This document shows, piece by piece, positions 8,595 through 16,636 of a stretch of DNA of 64,000 bases (the stretch's first letter is position 1; the number at the start of each line of letters is the position of its first letter). The notes under the pieces were generated by a model, which worked only from the letters and a program-made list of their open reading frames with translations, had not been told where the DNA came from and ran no database searches. The DNA is taken from the IMG/VR virus record IMGVR_UViG_3300036851_000385, positions 6,137 to 70,136 of that record; one strand, written 5' to 3'. A program made the position numbers and the translations under genes. The stretch is from a virus.

Positions 8595-8981
8595 CTACTT
8601 TAGCGGCGCCTTCTGCCACCTGGGGGCGGGGATCACAACGAGCGCGGAGCGGGCCATGGGAGCCGCGCCCATCACCACCTCGGGTTCCACGTAGGCGATG
8701 AGACGGGAGCGCCTCTGTACCTCCTCCAGCGTCTCCCCGCGGCGCAGGAGGACCAGCGTGTTCGCGCCGATCGGTGCCATCTGCACGATGCGGTTCCCGA
8801 ACGTGCGCCGAAGCTCTTTGACCACGGCCGGCGTGAGCGGACCTTTCAACCCCACCACCAACCGGGCTGGAGGTTCCTTCGGCGCGGCGGTGCTCGTCGG
8901 CACGCCGCTGCCCTGTCCCACGATCACCCCTACGATAAGCCCGAAAACCAGTGAGTTAATCCGCGCGCGATGGAGTGCCAT
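8595..8981 (-). CDS. Secreted subtilisin propeptide (I9 inhibitor)-like protein
   Basis: N-terminal hydrophobic segment; RLVVGLK...IAYVEPEVVM resembles the adjacent protease prodomain RYIIRLK...VKYVEPEIWM. Confidence 0.55.
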   Translation of the reverse strand: MALHRARINSLVFGLIVGVIVGQGSGVPTSTAAPKEPPARLVVGLKGPLTPAVVKELRRTFGNRIVQMAPIGANTLVLLRRGETLEEVQRRSRLIAYVEPEVVMGAAPMARSALVVIPAPRWQKAPLK

Positions 8982-9234
8982 GACAACCTCCGGCAAAGGG
9001 CGCGCCCGCAGGATACTATACCGATCTAACTGCCTCCTGATTGGTCGACCAATGGCGCCCTTGCCTATCCTAGCACTGCCCGGATCCGGGGTCGGTTAAA
9101 CCTCTTTCGTCCGACCTATTTTCTAGTAGGAGGGTCTGGAAGCGTCTGGAGGGGCCTGGAGGTGTCTGGCGGAAGCCGCCGCCGGCGGGTCCGGCGACTG
9201 GAGGAAAGCCCCTCGACCTGCCGACTGAGATCCT

Positions 9235-10092
9235 GTGGACAGTACCAAGCACTCCCCACCACCGCCCACGGATCCGCCGGCAGAGGGCCGCTGGCTCACG
9301 CTTGCCGAGGCGTGCGCCCACTACGGGAAAGCGGAGCGCACTCTCCGGATCTGGCTCGGCTCCGGCAGGCTCCACGGCTACCAGGAGCCGCAGAAGGGGA
9401 GGGTGGAGTGGCGCATCTGGAGCATCGAAGGGGAGACGCCAGACGCTCCTGGCTCTTCGCTCTTGGCGCTTGGCCCGAACCAGGAGCCAGGAGCCAGGAG
9501 CCAGGAGCCGGAGCGCAGCGACGTTGTAACGATCGCTCGCGAGCAGTTCCACGAGTTGCTCTCCCGCCACGAGCTGGCTTGCCGGAGGATCGGGGCGTTG
9601 GAGGAGGCGCTGCGCGAACGGCTGCCGGCGCTGGAGGAGGAGCACCGAGCCCAGAGCGCCGAGCGCCGAGCGGGAGAAGCGCGTCTTGAGGAGAATTGCT
9701 CGGTGCTCGGTGCTCGGTGCTCGGTGCTCGAAGGCGAGCGGCGGTGGATCCGGGGGCGGCAGAAGGCGCTCACAGCAGGGGGAACCGTCTTGGCCGTGCT
9801 CCTGGCCCTACTGGGCGCGCTGGTGCTGCAGGACCGAACGGCAGGACGAGGACCGGGATCCCCCGCTTCTTCGCCATCTCGATCGTCGCCGCAGTACCCC
9901 GGCTTAAATGATCCCAGTACGCGACCAGGCAATGAGCCGCCTCCACCATCTCCCGGTTCCGGATCATCTCCGCGCGACCGCGAACGCCTCCGTGTTCCTG
10001 GTAGTTCGGCAGATAACGGCGGAACGGAACCTCTCGCGCCTGCGCCCACGCCTCCGCGAACTGATCTGCCCCGCGCGCCCCGCCCGAGATGA
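9235..10092 (+). CDS. MerR-like HTH, coiled coil and TM protein
   Basis: WLTLAEACAHYGKAERTLRIWLGSGRL...EWRI; coiled coil; TM VLAVLLALLGALVL. Confidence 0.65.
   Translation: MDSTKHSPPPPTDPPAEGRWLTLAEACAHYGKAERTLRIWLGSGRLHGYQEPQKGRVEWRIWSIEGETPDAPGSSLLALGPNQEPGARSQEPERSDVVTIAREQFHELLSRHELACRRIGALEEALRERLPALEEEHRAQSAERRAGEARLEENCSVLGARCSVLEGERRWIRGRQKALTAGGTVLAVLLALLGALVLQDRTAGRGPGSPASSPSRSSPQYPGLNDPSTRPGNEPPPPSPGSGSSPRDRERLRVPGSSADNGGTEPLAPAPTPPRTDLPRAPRPR
9445..9514. repeat. Heptamer-arm imperfect palindrome within ORF
   Basis: GCTCCTG-like x4, then (CAGGAGC)x4. Confidence 0.75.
9640..9729. repeat. Heptamer-arm imperfect palindrome within ORF
   Basis: GAGCRCC-like x4.5, then (GCTCGGT)x4.5; 90 nt. 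Confidence 0.8.
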
Positions 10093-10210
10093 TCGTGACC
10101 TCCGCTCCCGTGCCGAAGTCCTCGCGGATCGCCTGCCGGATCTCATCCAGGTCGGCGAAGAGTTGCTCGAAATCAGTGAACGTGCGGCTGCCGACGACGG
10201 CGACGATCAT
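9770..10210 (-). CDS. SLOG-family (DUF2493/YspA-like) protein
   Basis: MIVAVVGSRTFTD, IISGGARGADQFAEAWA, RNREMV, WDHLSRGTAATIEMA. Confidence 0.85.
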   Translation of the reverse strand: MIVAVVGSRTFTDFEQLFADLDEIRQAIREDFGTGAEVTIISGGARGADQFAEAWAQAREVPFRRYLPNYQEHGGVRGRAEMIRNREMVEAAHCLVAYWDHLSRGTAATIEMAKKRGIPVLVLPFGPAAPARPVGPGARPRRFPLL

Positions 10211-10293
10211 GGCATCTCCTTGGCGGCGGCAGGTGGTGCAGGCGGTGCTGGTGGTGCTTTCGCTCCTGCTGGCGGCGGCTTCTGGGATGGTGC

Positions 10294-10551
10294 TCACCAG
10301 TAGCTCCGCGCGAGAAGCCGTTCCCACCACTGCCGCCACGGGAAGCGCCAGAGGTTCCGCGCCTGCCCCGCCACGAGCGGCGCCGAGAGCGCCAGCCGCA
10401 CCCACAGGGCCGGCGCGTGGTTTCCCTCGTCCGTGATCCACAGCGCGAGGATCCACGGCAGCGGCCACAGCGCGAAGAGGAGACGGACATCCTCCTTGGT
10501 CTCGCGCCAGCCTTCGCGGATCTGCTCCTGCAGCCAGCGGCGGCTCATCAA
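10294..10551 (-). CDS. Membrane protein
   Basis: Hydrophobic LLFALWPLPWILALWI; coupled start. Confidence 0.5.
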   Translation of the reverse strand: MMSRRWLQEQIREGWRETKEDVRLLFALWPLPWILALWITDEGNHAPALWVRLALSAPLVAGQARNLWRFPWRQWWERLLARSYW

Positions 10552-10889
10552 CCCTCCAGCGGCAGCGCCAGACTCTCCCCCTCGCGGCTCGCGGCGAACA
10601 CCTTCTGGCGGCGGTTCCGTTCGTGGATCACGCGGTCCGTCTCAAGGTGGCAACGGCCGCATAGCGTGACCAGGTTCGCTGTCCGGCAATCCGAGGGTCT
10701 GTGATTGCGGTGGTGCACCTGGAGCGCAACCTTCTTACCCGTCACCGGATGCGGCTCTCCTTGGGCCGCGCGGCAATTCGGGTAGCGCAGGGTGCCTTCG
10801 CACCGGTAGCTAGCACGCGCAAGAGCGGCGGCTCGGATTTCCGCCCAGTTCTTTGGATAGAGCTTCTTGCGGTGTTCCGGCACGGGCAC
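10548..10889 (-). CDS. HNH endonuclease (small phage type)
   Basis: YPKNWAEIR...RCE...LQVHHRNH...NLVTLCGRCH. Confidence 0.85.
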   Translation of the reverse strand: MPVPEHRKKLYPKNWAEIRAAALARASYRCEGTLRYPNCRAAQGEPHPVTGKKVALQVHHRNHRPSDCRTANLVTLCGRCHLETDRVIHERNRRQKVFAASREGESLALPLEG

Positions 10890-10893
10890 GGCA

Positions 10894-11109
10894 CTATCCC
10901 TTCGCGAACTTCCAGGCCCGCGTCTTGATCCACTCCAGCGCCGACCGGCTCCAGCGTGCCATAATCGCCCGGTTGACCTGGCCCCAGTCGGTCGGCCAGG
11001 AGGAGCGCAGCGCCAGTCCGTAGGTCTGCGCCACGTCCTTGCGCTTCATCGCAGGGTCCGCGATCTCTCGCAAAAGCGTGTTCGTTGTGTCGGTCAGCTC
11101 AAACGACAT
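10894..11109 (-). CDS. Hypothetical phage protein
   Basis: MSFELTD...DWGQVNRAIMARWSRSALEWIK; GGAGG RBS. Confidence 0.65.
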   Translation of the reverse strand: MSFELTDTTNTLLREIADPAMKRKDVAQTYGLALRSSWPTDWGQVNRAIMARWSRSALEWIKTRAWKFAKG

Positions 11110-11413
11110 TGTGTTCCTCCAGCGCGGCCTCCCCCAGCCGCGTGATGCAGTAGTACCGCTTCCGCCTGCCGCCGCGTTCCTCCGTCGCCTCCCCCCAATG
11201 AGAGGTGACGAGGTTTCGCTCCTCCATGCTCTCCAGCGCCACATAGATCGCGCCGAGGCTCGGCTCCTTGAACCAGTGGAGGAAGAGGCGGAACCGGCTT
11301 CGCCTGGTGCTCTCCGGCATCGGCGGCGAGAGCGCCTTGAAGATCGTCACGCCGTAGGCGTTGCCGCCGAGGTCTCGCACGGCGGAGAGCACCCGGCGGT
11401 CAAAGGGCTTCAC
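11099..11413 (-). CDS. PadR-family transcriptional regulator
   Basis: AYGVTI...SLGAIYVALESMEERNLVTS...RGGRRKRYYCITRLG. Confidence 0.85.
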   Translation of the reverse strand: MKPFDRRVLSAVRDLGGNAYGVTIFKALSPPMPESTRRSRFRLFLHWFKEPSLGAIYVALESMEERNLVTSHWGEATEERGGRRKRYYCITRLGEAALEEHNVV

Positions 11414-11579
11414 GGCTCCTCCAGCGGCAGTTCCCGCAGAGCCTCCCGCTCCGCTTTATCCCGAGAATGATGGCACGGACACTTACAGGGCACCTGCCCA
11501 TCGGGGGAGTGCCGGAACCGACCCGCGCACTCACGCGAGGGGGTGGGATCGCAGCGGCAGAGGAGGGCCGCGCGGCGGC

Positions 11580-12227
11580 TCATCGTGGCTCCTGCGGCGC
11601 GTATCCCGAGCAGACCTTGCAGCACTTCGCTTGCGGCTCCAGATCGCCCCGGTTCCGCAGCCGGTAGCCATACTGCCAGCGCCCGCACGCGGACCAGCCG
11701 GCGCGGCTCCGGCGCGACCAGTAGTGCGCCGAGCGTGCCCCGGCCGGGATTGCCCACCCGGCTTCCTCTCCCGCGAAGGGGCGATCCTGTCTCGTCTTCT
11801 CCTCCTCTATCTCCATAGCAGCAGCACAGCCGCCCTCGGCAGCCGCGGCCGGGGGGCGGGGGAACACGGTGACGACGACCTCCTCGCGGCCCTTCCAGCA
11901 CCGCGCGATCTCCTGCCGTATCTCCCCGTAGGTGATCCAGTGATCCGAGTCGTCCGGCGTGATCCTGCCCACAAAGAGCCCGTCCTCCACCCACTTATAC
12001 CCGCCGATGCAGGCATGGGGATCCAGTCTTCGCGCCCGCCGGATCGTCAGGTCGACGCGCACCGGCACGTTGAGCACAGGGCAGCCGGCCTCTCGCCACG
12101 CCTTTCCTGCGGCAACCTTGGCGACCATCGCGACGTTCCGGCGCTGCTGCCACACCATCCGGTTGACCCGGTTCGGTGTGAGCCTTCCGACATCGAAAGC
12201 CACTGTAATCGTCAGCGGCTCGGTCAT
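11580..12227 (-). CDS. RusA-like Holliday junction resolvase with Cys-rich C-terminal extension
   Basis: PVRVDLTI...RLDPHAC...KWVEDGL...ITPDDSDHWI. Confidence 0.6.
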   Translation of the reverse strand: MTEPLTITVAFDVGRLTPNRVNRMVWQQRRNVAMVAKVAAGKAWREAGCPVLNVPVRVDLTIRRARRLDPHACIGGYKWVEDGLFVGRITPDDSDHWITYGEIRQEIARCWKGREEVVVTVFPRPPAAAAEGGCAAAMEIEEEKTRQDRPFAGEEAGWAIPAGARSAHYWSRRSRAGWSACGRWQYGYRLRNRGDLEPQAKCCKVCSGYAPQEPR

Positions 12228-12481
12228 GGCTCCCTCGCGCGATCCGGCTCGATGTGGCTGGAGAGGATGCACGCTGGATGGCCGTCCACCCATCCGACGA
12301 GCTGGTTGCAGACGACGGAGTAGGGCGCGCGGATCCGTCCTCGCTGTCCCTTTCCTAGCCGCTCCCCTGTCCAATAGGTGCAGGGCGTTCCCACAGGCGC
12401 GATCTCGTTCATCGTGTCCGCGAGGTGTGCCAGGAACTCCCCCATGCTCTCCGAACTCTCCAGCCACTCTCGTAGGCTCAT
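12224..12481 (-). CDS. Hypothetical protein
   Basis: MSLREWLE...PVGTPCTYW; coupled on both sides. Confidence 0.55.
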   Translation of the reverse strand: MSLREWLESSESMGEFLAHLADTMNEIAPVGTPCTYWTGERLGKGQRGRIRAPYSVVCNQLVGWVDGHPACILSSHIEPDRAREP

Positions 12482-12897
12482 CGCCGCCTCCGCCGCAGGC
12501 AAAGCCTTTTGCACAACCGTCCGATCATCCGCCGAGCTGCCGGCGGCGGATCCGCCACCGCCTCCAGTCCCGCCGCCGCCGCTTCTTCGCCGGTTGCGTA
12601 GAGGTCTATCGGGCACGGCGCGTCGACCTGTTCCCCCGTCACCCGCCCCTGGATCAGCAGGACCCGCACTGCCGGGCTGTCGCGCTCCACCGTGAGCCAG
12701 CCGCGGCAGAGTGTCTTCCGCCCGAGAGCGTGCGTCTGGTGGCAAAGGAAAGGAGAGAGGCAGGGAACCCGCCAGCCGTCGGTCGTGAACTCGCGCAGCT
12801 TCTCGTACTCCGAGGCGTGCCACACTCCTGCCGGGGTGTCGCGCCGGTATGGGCAACTGCTGCACGGAGCCGGCGCACAGTCCAGTAGATTGCTCAT
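12478..12897 (-). CDS. Cys-rich phage protein (DUF6283-like)
   Basis: PCSSCPYRRD...GVWHASEYEKL...FLCHQ...LCRGW. Confidence 0.7.
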   Translation of the reverse strand: MSNLLDCAPAPCSSCPYRRDTPAGVWHASEYEKLREFTTDGWRVPCLSPFLCHQTHALGRKTLCRGWLTVERDSPAVRVLLIQGRVTGEQVDAPCPIDLYATGEEAAAAGLEAVADPPPAARRMIGRLCKRLCLRRRRR

Positions 12898-13057
12898 CGC
12901 CGCCCCCTCCGCAGATACAGCAGCCCTCCGAGCCGCCCCAGCGCCCTGCCCACCGCCTTGTTCCACAGCCGCCGCCCCCAGGCGTTGGGATCGAGGCTGA
13001 ACGCCGCCTCGCAGTCGCGCAGGAGGACGGCGAGGCGGCGGAGGCGGCGGGAGGCGG

Positions 13058-13312
13058 TCATGGTGTCTGCTCCCGCTCCTCTCGGAGTTCCGAGATAATG
13101 CCCAACCAGGTAACGCACAGGACGGTCAGGCACACGAATACGATAGCCATGAGCCAGGGATGGCCTTTCGTCGTGACGGTGCGCCCATCGGTGGCGCCGT
13201 GGTAGATGATACTCCCCGAGTTGAGCGACATGAAAACTCCGAGGGAGGCCAACCCCACAATCAACACGGCGCCCCCGATGGTGATAATCCGGGCGCGGAG
13301 CTTGCTGCTCAC
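13058..13312 (-). CDS. Two-TM membrane protein
   Basis: Two hydrophobic helices; GTG overlaps upstream stop. Confidence 0.55.
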   Translation of the reverse strand: MSSKLRARIITIGGAVLIVGLASLGVFMSLNSGSIIYHGATDGRTVTTKGHPWLMAIVFVCLTVLCVTWLGIISELREEREQTP

Positions 13313-13995
13313 GACACCTCCGCCGCCAGCGCGTCGGCCTGTGCTGCCATCTCTGCCTCCACCTTCGCCGCCTTGATCTCTGCGGCGAGCATCTCCGCGA
13401 GCGCGAACAGCTCTTTGTTCGGCGTCTTCTCCAGGTCGCGCACGGGTACCGCGCACCCCAGCGCCTTCGCCTGCTCCATCCGCTTCCTGGTGCCTGCGAT
13501 CAGCTCCTCGCGCGTGTAGTGCCGCGTGCCGGCCTCGCCATAGGTCGCCTCGAAGCCGGTCTTCGCAGGCACGCCGGCGGCGGATCCGGCGGCGGTCTCT
13601 CGTGCGCGTGCGGCAGCGTGGGGGGTCCGGTGCCCATTGGCGGCTGTGGCTTCCTCCAGATCCGGAAGCTCCTCGAACATCGCGACCCCCACGTTTACGG
13701 CATCCCTGAGTGCCCGCCCCTTCGCGCGAGTCAGGGCCATCCGAATCAGCGCAGTGGCGATCCGCGCGCCGACGTTCCGGGGGTTGGCGTCCCCGTGCTC
13801 CTCGAAGTAAGAGCCGTCCTTCATCCGCACAACGGCACGCGCAACTGCCGTGTGTCCGTTCTCCTCGGTCGGCAGTTGCAGAACTTGCGTCTCGATCGCT
13901 AGAAGTCCGCGCTCGTGCGCTTCGGAAAGCAAGCCGGCATAGACAACGTGGTCTTTGCCAGACAGGTTCACGATGAATTGCTTGTCAATCGCCAT
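13309..13995 (-). CDS. Rad52/Sak-like single-strand annealing protein
   Basis: GKDHVVYAGLL...AVARAVV...EEHGDANPRNV...IRMALTRAKGRALRDAVN. Confidence 0.65.
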   Translation of the reverse strand: MAIDKQFIVNLSGKDHVVYAGLLSEAHERGLLAIETQVLQLPTEENGHTAVARAVVRMKDGSYFEEHGDANPRNVGARIATALIRMALTRAKGRALRDAVNVGVAMFEELPDLEEATAANGHRTPHAAARARETAAGSAAGVPAKTGFEATYGEAGTRHYTREELIAGTRKRMEQAKALGCAVPVRDLEKTPNKELFALAEMLAAEIKAAKVEAEMAAQADALAAEVS

Positions 13996-14278
13996 CGCTT
14001 TTCCGCTCCTCCTGTACGCGCCCGACCTCCGCCGCAAGCTGCTCCGTGATGAGAGCCGGCCAACCGCCTTCCTCTGCCTCCGCCGGATCCGCCGCCTGCA
14101 GCGCGCTCTGCACGACCTCTGCCTCCCGCTCCTCGCGCACAGTGCTGCGCTCCTCGGCAAGAACAACAATCAGTTTGACCCCGACCGACATGATGTCCGG
14201 CTCGCGGCTGCGTTCGGAAAGAGCATCCAGCGCGGCGAGGGCTTCCTCCAGGGTCAACTCAACGGATAGCAATCCCAT
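13985..14278 (-). CDS. Hypothetical protein
   Basis: MGLLSVELTLEE; GGAGG RBS. Confidence 0.55.
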   Translation of the reverse strand: MGLLSVELTLEEALAALDALSERSREPDIMSVGVKLIVVLAEERSTVREEREAEVVQSALQAADPAEAEEGGWPALITEQLAAEVGRVQEERKSDGD

Positions 14279-14501
14279 CTCGATCCTCCTCCACCGCCGC
14301 CAGCACACACCGCACCACCTCCGCGACCTCCTCGGCCATCGCCGCCGCGACTGTCTCCGGGAACCATCGCGGCACGAACAGCGCCCGGCGCTCCCCTCGT
14401 ACGATGAAGACGATCTGCCACCAGCCGCCGCCCCTGGGCTCGGTGACGACGCGCCAGGGGGCGGATCCGGGGGCGGTCTCAAGGGCGCTCATGGCTCTCA
14501 T
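14259..14501 (-). CDS. Hypothetical protein
   Basis: ORF in dense coupled minus-strand operon. Confidence 0.45.
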   Translation of the reverse strand: MRAMSALETAPGSAPWRVVTEPRGGGWWQIVFIVRGERRALFVPRWFPETVAAAMAEEVAEVVRCVLAAVEEDRDGIAIR

Positions 14502-14664
14502 CGTCCGCTAGAAGCCGAACACTCTCCCACAGAAATCGACCGTCCCGCCGTACCGTGGCGCTCCGGCAAACGCGGTATGCGGCCGACCACTCCACACCGG
14601 AAACGAGGATCTCGGTCTTCTCGTCTCGCGTCGCTTCTACTCGGTAGGTGCGCCTGATTGCCAT
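14479..14664 (-). CDS. Hypothetical protein
   Basis: AGGAG RBS, 61 aa. Confidence 0.5.
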   Translation of the reverse strand: MAIRRTYRVEATRDEKTEILVSGVEWSAAYRVCRSATVRRDGRFLWESVRLLADDESHERP

Positions 14665-14703
14665 CGCGCTTCTCCTGAGGAGTAGTACAGCCTCCCCGCG
14701 CCG

Positions 14704-15033
14704 TCAGTTATACAGCAGATCCCACTTCGCACATTCGGCGTCCGTCATCAGCGGCAGCCCGCTCCCCTTGGGCTTCGCGGCCGGCGGCGGCGCTTCCGTC
14801 AGCATCTTCAAGGCGAGTGCGGTCTGGTGCTTACAGATCGTGCCCGTTCGGCTGCCGCGGTGCTTCCAGTCAGGGCAGGAGCAGAAGCCGTCGCCGACCT
14901 GGTAGCAGCCTCCTGGCGTGGTTACGGTCCACCCCAGCGGGCCTAAAGTCCAGGTCATCTCACTGCTCTCGGTGATCGCTCGTGTAACCCGCGCTTCCTG
15001 CTCTTCCGTATAACCTTCGACCATCCGCTCCAT
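14704..15033 (-). CDS. SWIM zinc-finger protein
   Basis: YQV...CSCPDWKHR...CKHQTA (CxC-xn-CxH). Confidence 0.8.
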   Translation of the reverse strand: MERMVEGYTEEQEARVTRAITESSEMTWTLGPLGWTVTTPGGCYQVGDGFCSCPDWKHRGSRTGTICKHQTALALKMLTEAPPPAAKPKGSGLPLMTDAECAKWDLLYN

Positions 15034-15076
15034 TGTTCTCTCCCCGTAAACTGTATGGCTTCTTGCTTCTGTTATA

Positions 15077-15105
15077 AGTATATCCGATCCTGTGCCTGGT
15101 GTCAC
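15077..15105 (-). promoter_or_regulatory. Sigma70-type promoter for leftward early genes
   Basis: Minus strand GTGACA, 17 bp, TATACT. Confidence 0.55.
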
Positions 15106-15129
15106 ATTTTCTACGGCTAATTATGAAGA

Positions 15130-15462
15130 TTACTGGTCTTTTTCTGCCCCGGTCTCCTTGACCCACCGCCACACCGTTTGATAGGAAACGCCCAGGATCT
15201 GCGCTGCCTGCCGGAGCGACTTGCCCTCATCCTTAAGCTGCCGCGCTGCCGCGCTCCGGTGCTGTGCAAGGATCCGGCGCAGCCTCCGATAGCTCCGGAC
15301 ATCAAGCCCTTTGACCGCCGCCAGATCCGCTGGCGGTACCGCAGCCACCTCCCCCAGCGTGTTATACCCGGCGGCGGTCAGAGCGCGCAGGGCTCCGGCG
15401 GAGAGGGCCAGAGACGTGAGGGGGAGGGAATGCCACGGGAGGCGCGGCTCCGGTTCGCTCAA
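15130..15462 (-). CDS. RNA polymerase alpha-CTD-like domain fused to HTH
   Basis: LTSLALSAGALRALTAAGYNTLGEVAAVPPADLAAVKGLDVRS plus GKSLRQAAQILGVSYQTVWRW; TTG start overlaps upstream TGA. Confidence 0.7.
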   Translation of the reverse strand: MSEPEPRLPWHSLPLTSLALSAGALRALTAAGYNTLGEVAAVPPADLAAVKGLDVRSYRRLRRILAQHRSAAARQLKDEGKSLRQAAQILGVSYQTVWRWVKETGAEKDQ

Positions 15463-15674
15463 AGGTCGTAGTCCTCCAACGCATCCGCTATTGCACGGGC
15501 GCAGTCCAGGCAGACGCAGCCATAGAACGCCAGGCAGTGATCCATCCGCACGCGCAGGCACCGGACCGCCTCGGAGCCTTCGCCGAAGTCGCTCTCGCAC
15601 ACAGAGCAGATTGCCTCTATCGTCTCCCATGCAGGGTTGACGCCCTCGCCGCTCGATCGATAGCCGGGGCTCAT
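15459..15674 (-). CDS. Small Cys-rich protein
   Basis: CSVC and CLDCA; GGAGG RBS. Confidence 0.55.
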   Translation of the reverse strand: MSPGYRSSGEGVNPAWETIEAICSVCESDFGEGSEAVRCLRVRMDHCLAFYGCVCLDCARAIADALEDYDL

Positions 15675-15913
15675 GGCTCCTCCGTCTTCTCCTCGACCTC
15701 CGGCTCGTCGCCCAGCCACACGCGCAGCTCTGCCGCGCACTTCCCGCAGAGCCAGCCGGCCGAGCAGCGCGTATCGGAGAGGCTCCAGGGACGCAGCGTG
15801 ATGGCGACAGCATCCTTCGCTCGTTCTCTGCAATGATCGCAGGTGTATGCCGGCTGGCAGTCGTCGTCTCTGTCCGGCAACTCGGCGGCCGCGCGGAAAC
15901 TGGCTTGGCTCAT
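15671..15913 (-). CDS. Small Cys-rich protein
   Basis: CDHC and CGKC; AAGGAG RBS. Confidence 0.6.
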   Translation of the reverse strand: MSQASFRAAAELPDRDDDCQPAYTCDHCRERAKDAVAITLRPWSLSDTRCSAGWLCGKCAAELRVWLGDEPEVEEKTEEP

Positions 15914-15939
15914 GGTCGCTCTCCTTCTTCAGGCACGCA

Positions 15940-15967
15940 ACTTCCGATAATGCGATCTATGTCGGTT
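15940..15967 (+). other. dif-like XerC/XerD site candidate
   Basis: ACTTCCGATAA-TGCGAT-CTATGTCGGTT, 11-6-11 layout. Confidence 0.4.
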
Positions 15968-16039
15968 ATGCGAGAGTTTTCCGTGCCTAACTCTATGCTC
16001 GCCGCTCGGCGGGAGGGACATTCCGCTTGTGGCGTTTAC

Positions 16040-16366
16040 CAAAAGAACCTTCTGCCAACGACGGCATAGAAAGCCTCCCGCTTTAGCGGAGAGGATGAAT
16101 TTGTCCCTCGCGTGAGAAGGAAACAGCCTCTCGCCTGTCGAACTGTTTCTCGGCCTGGCGGAGTAACACACCCTGGGCTGCCCGCCTGATCTAAGGCGAG
16201 GCCGCACTTTGGCAAGAAGACGGTAAGGAGTTGGCCGCCCAAACTCTCGGCGGTCGTAAAACCGGTTGAGTGTCTGCATTTGGTGCAACACTAGAAGGGT
16301 GTGGGGCTGCACACCCTGGGTGCGAATCCCTAGATGCCCCTCCCTTTAGGGATGGGGAGCAGTCAC
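16040..16366 (+). mobile_element. Non-autonomous IS200/IS605-family element (327 bp)
   Basis: Target TTAC (16036-16039); AAAG plus left hairpin (16070-16094); GATG plus right hairpin (16333-16357); end TCAC. Confidence 0.8.
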
Positions 16367-16378
16367 CACCAGGAAAGC

Positions 16379-16636
16379 CTACTCCTCGTAGAACGCAGCA
16401 GCCTCCTCGGTTTCGCTCGTTGCCTCGAACTCGTCCATCTCCAGCAGCCGATAGGTGACGCCGTTTCCGTGAACGGCCGACTCGAACGCCACGCGCGGGT
16501 CCGGCAGAAAAGTCTCGTAACCGAGGTGGATCTCGGTGACGTTGCGCAGCACCAGCGCCGGAATGCGATCGAACAGGGAGAACGCCGCATTGAACCGGAT
16601 CGCCACACGCATCCCGAGCGGTGGAGTATCGCTCAT
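16379..16636 (-). CDS. Hypothetical protein
   Basis: RNVTEIH...RVAFESAVHGNG; coupled start. Confidence 0.65.
   Translation of the reverse strand: MSDTPPLGMRVAIRFNAAFSLFDRIPALVLRNVTEIHLGYETFLPDPRVAFESAVHGNGVTYRLLEMDEFEATSETEEAAAFYEE

Noticed and set aside
15929-16312. 127-aa ORF, and the ORFs at 48025-48480 and 48188-48772, as TnpA/TnpB
   Set aside because: No HUH/Tyr, RuvC or Zn-finger motifs; they cross the element boundaries and look incidental
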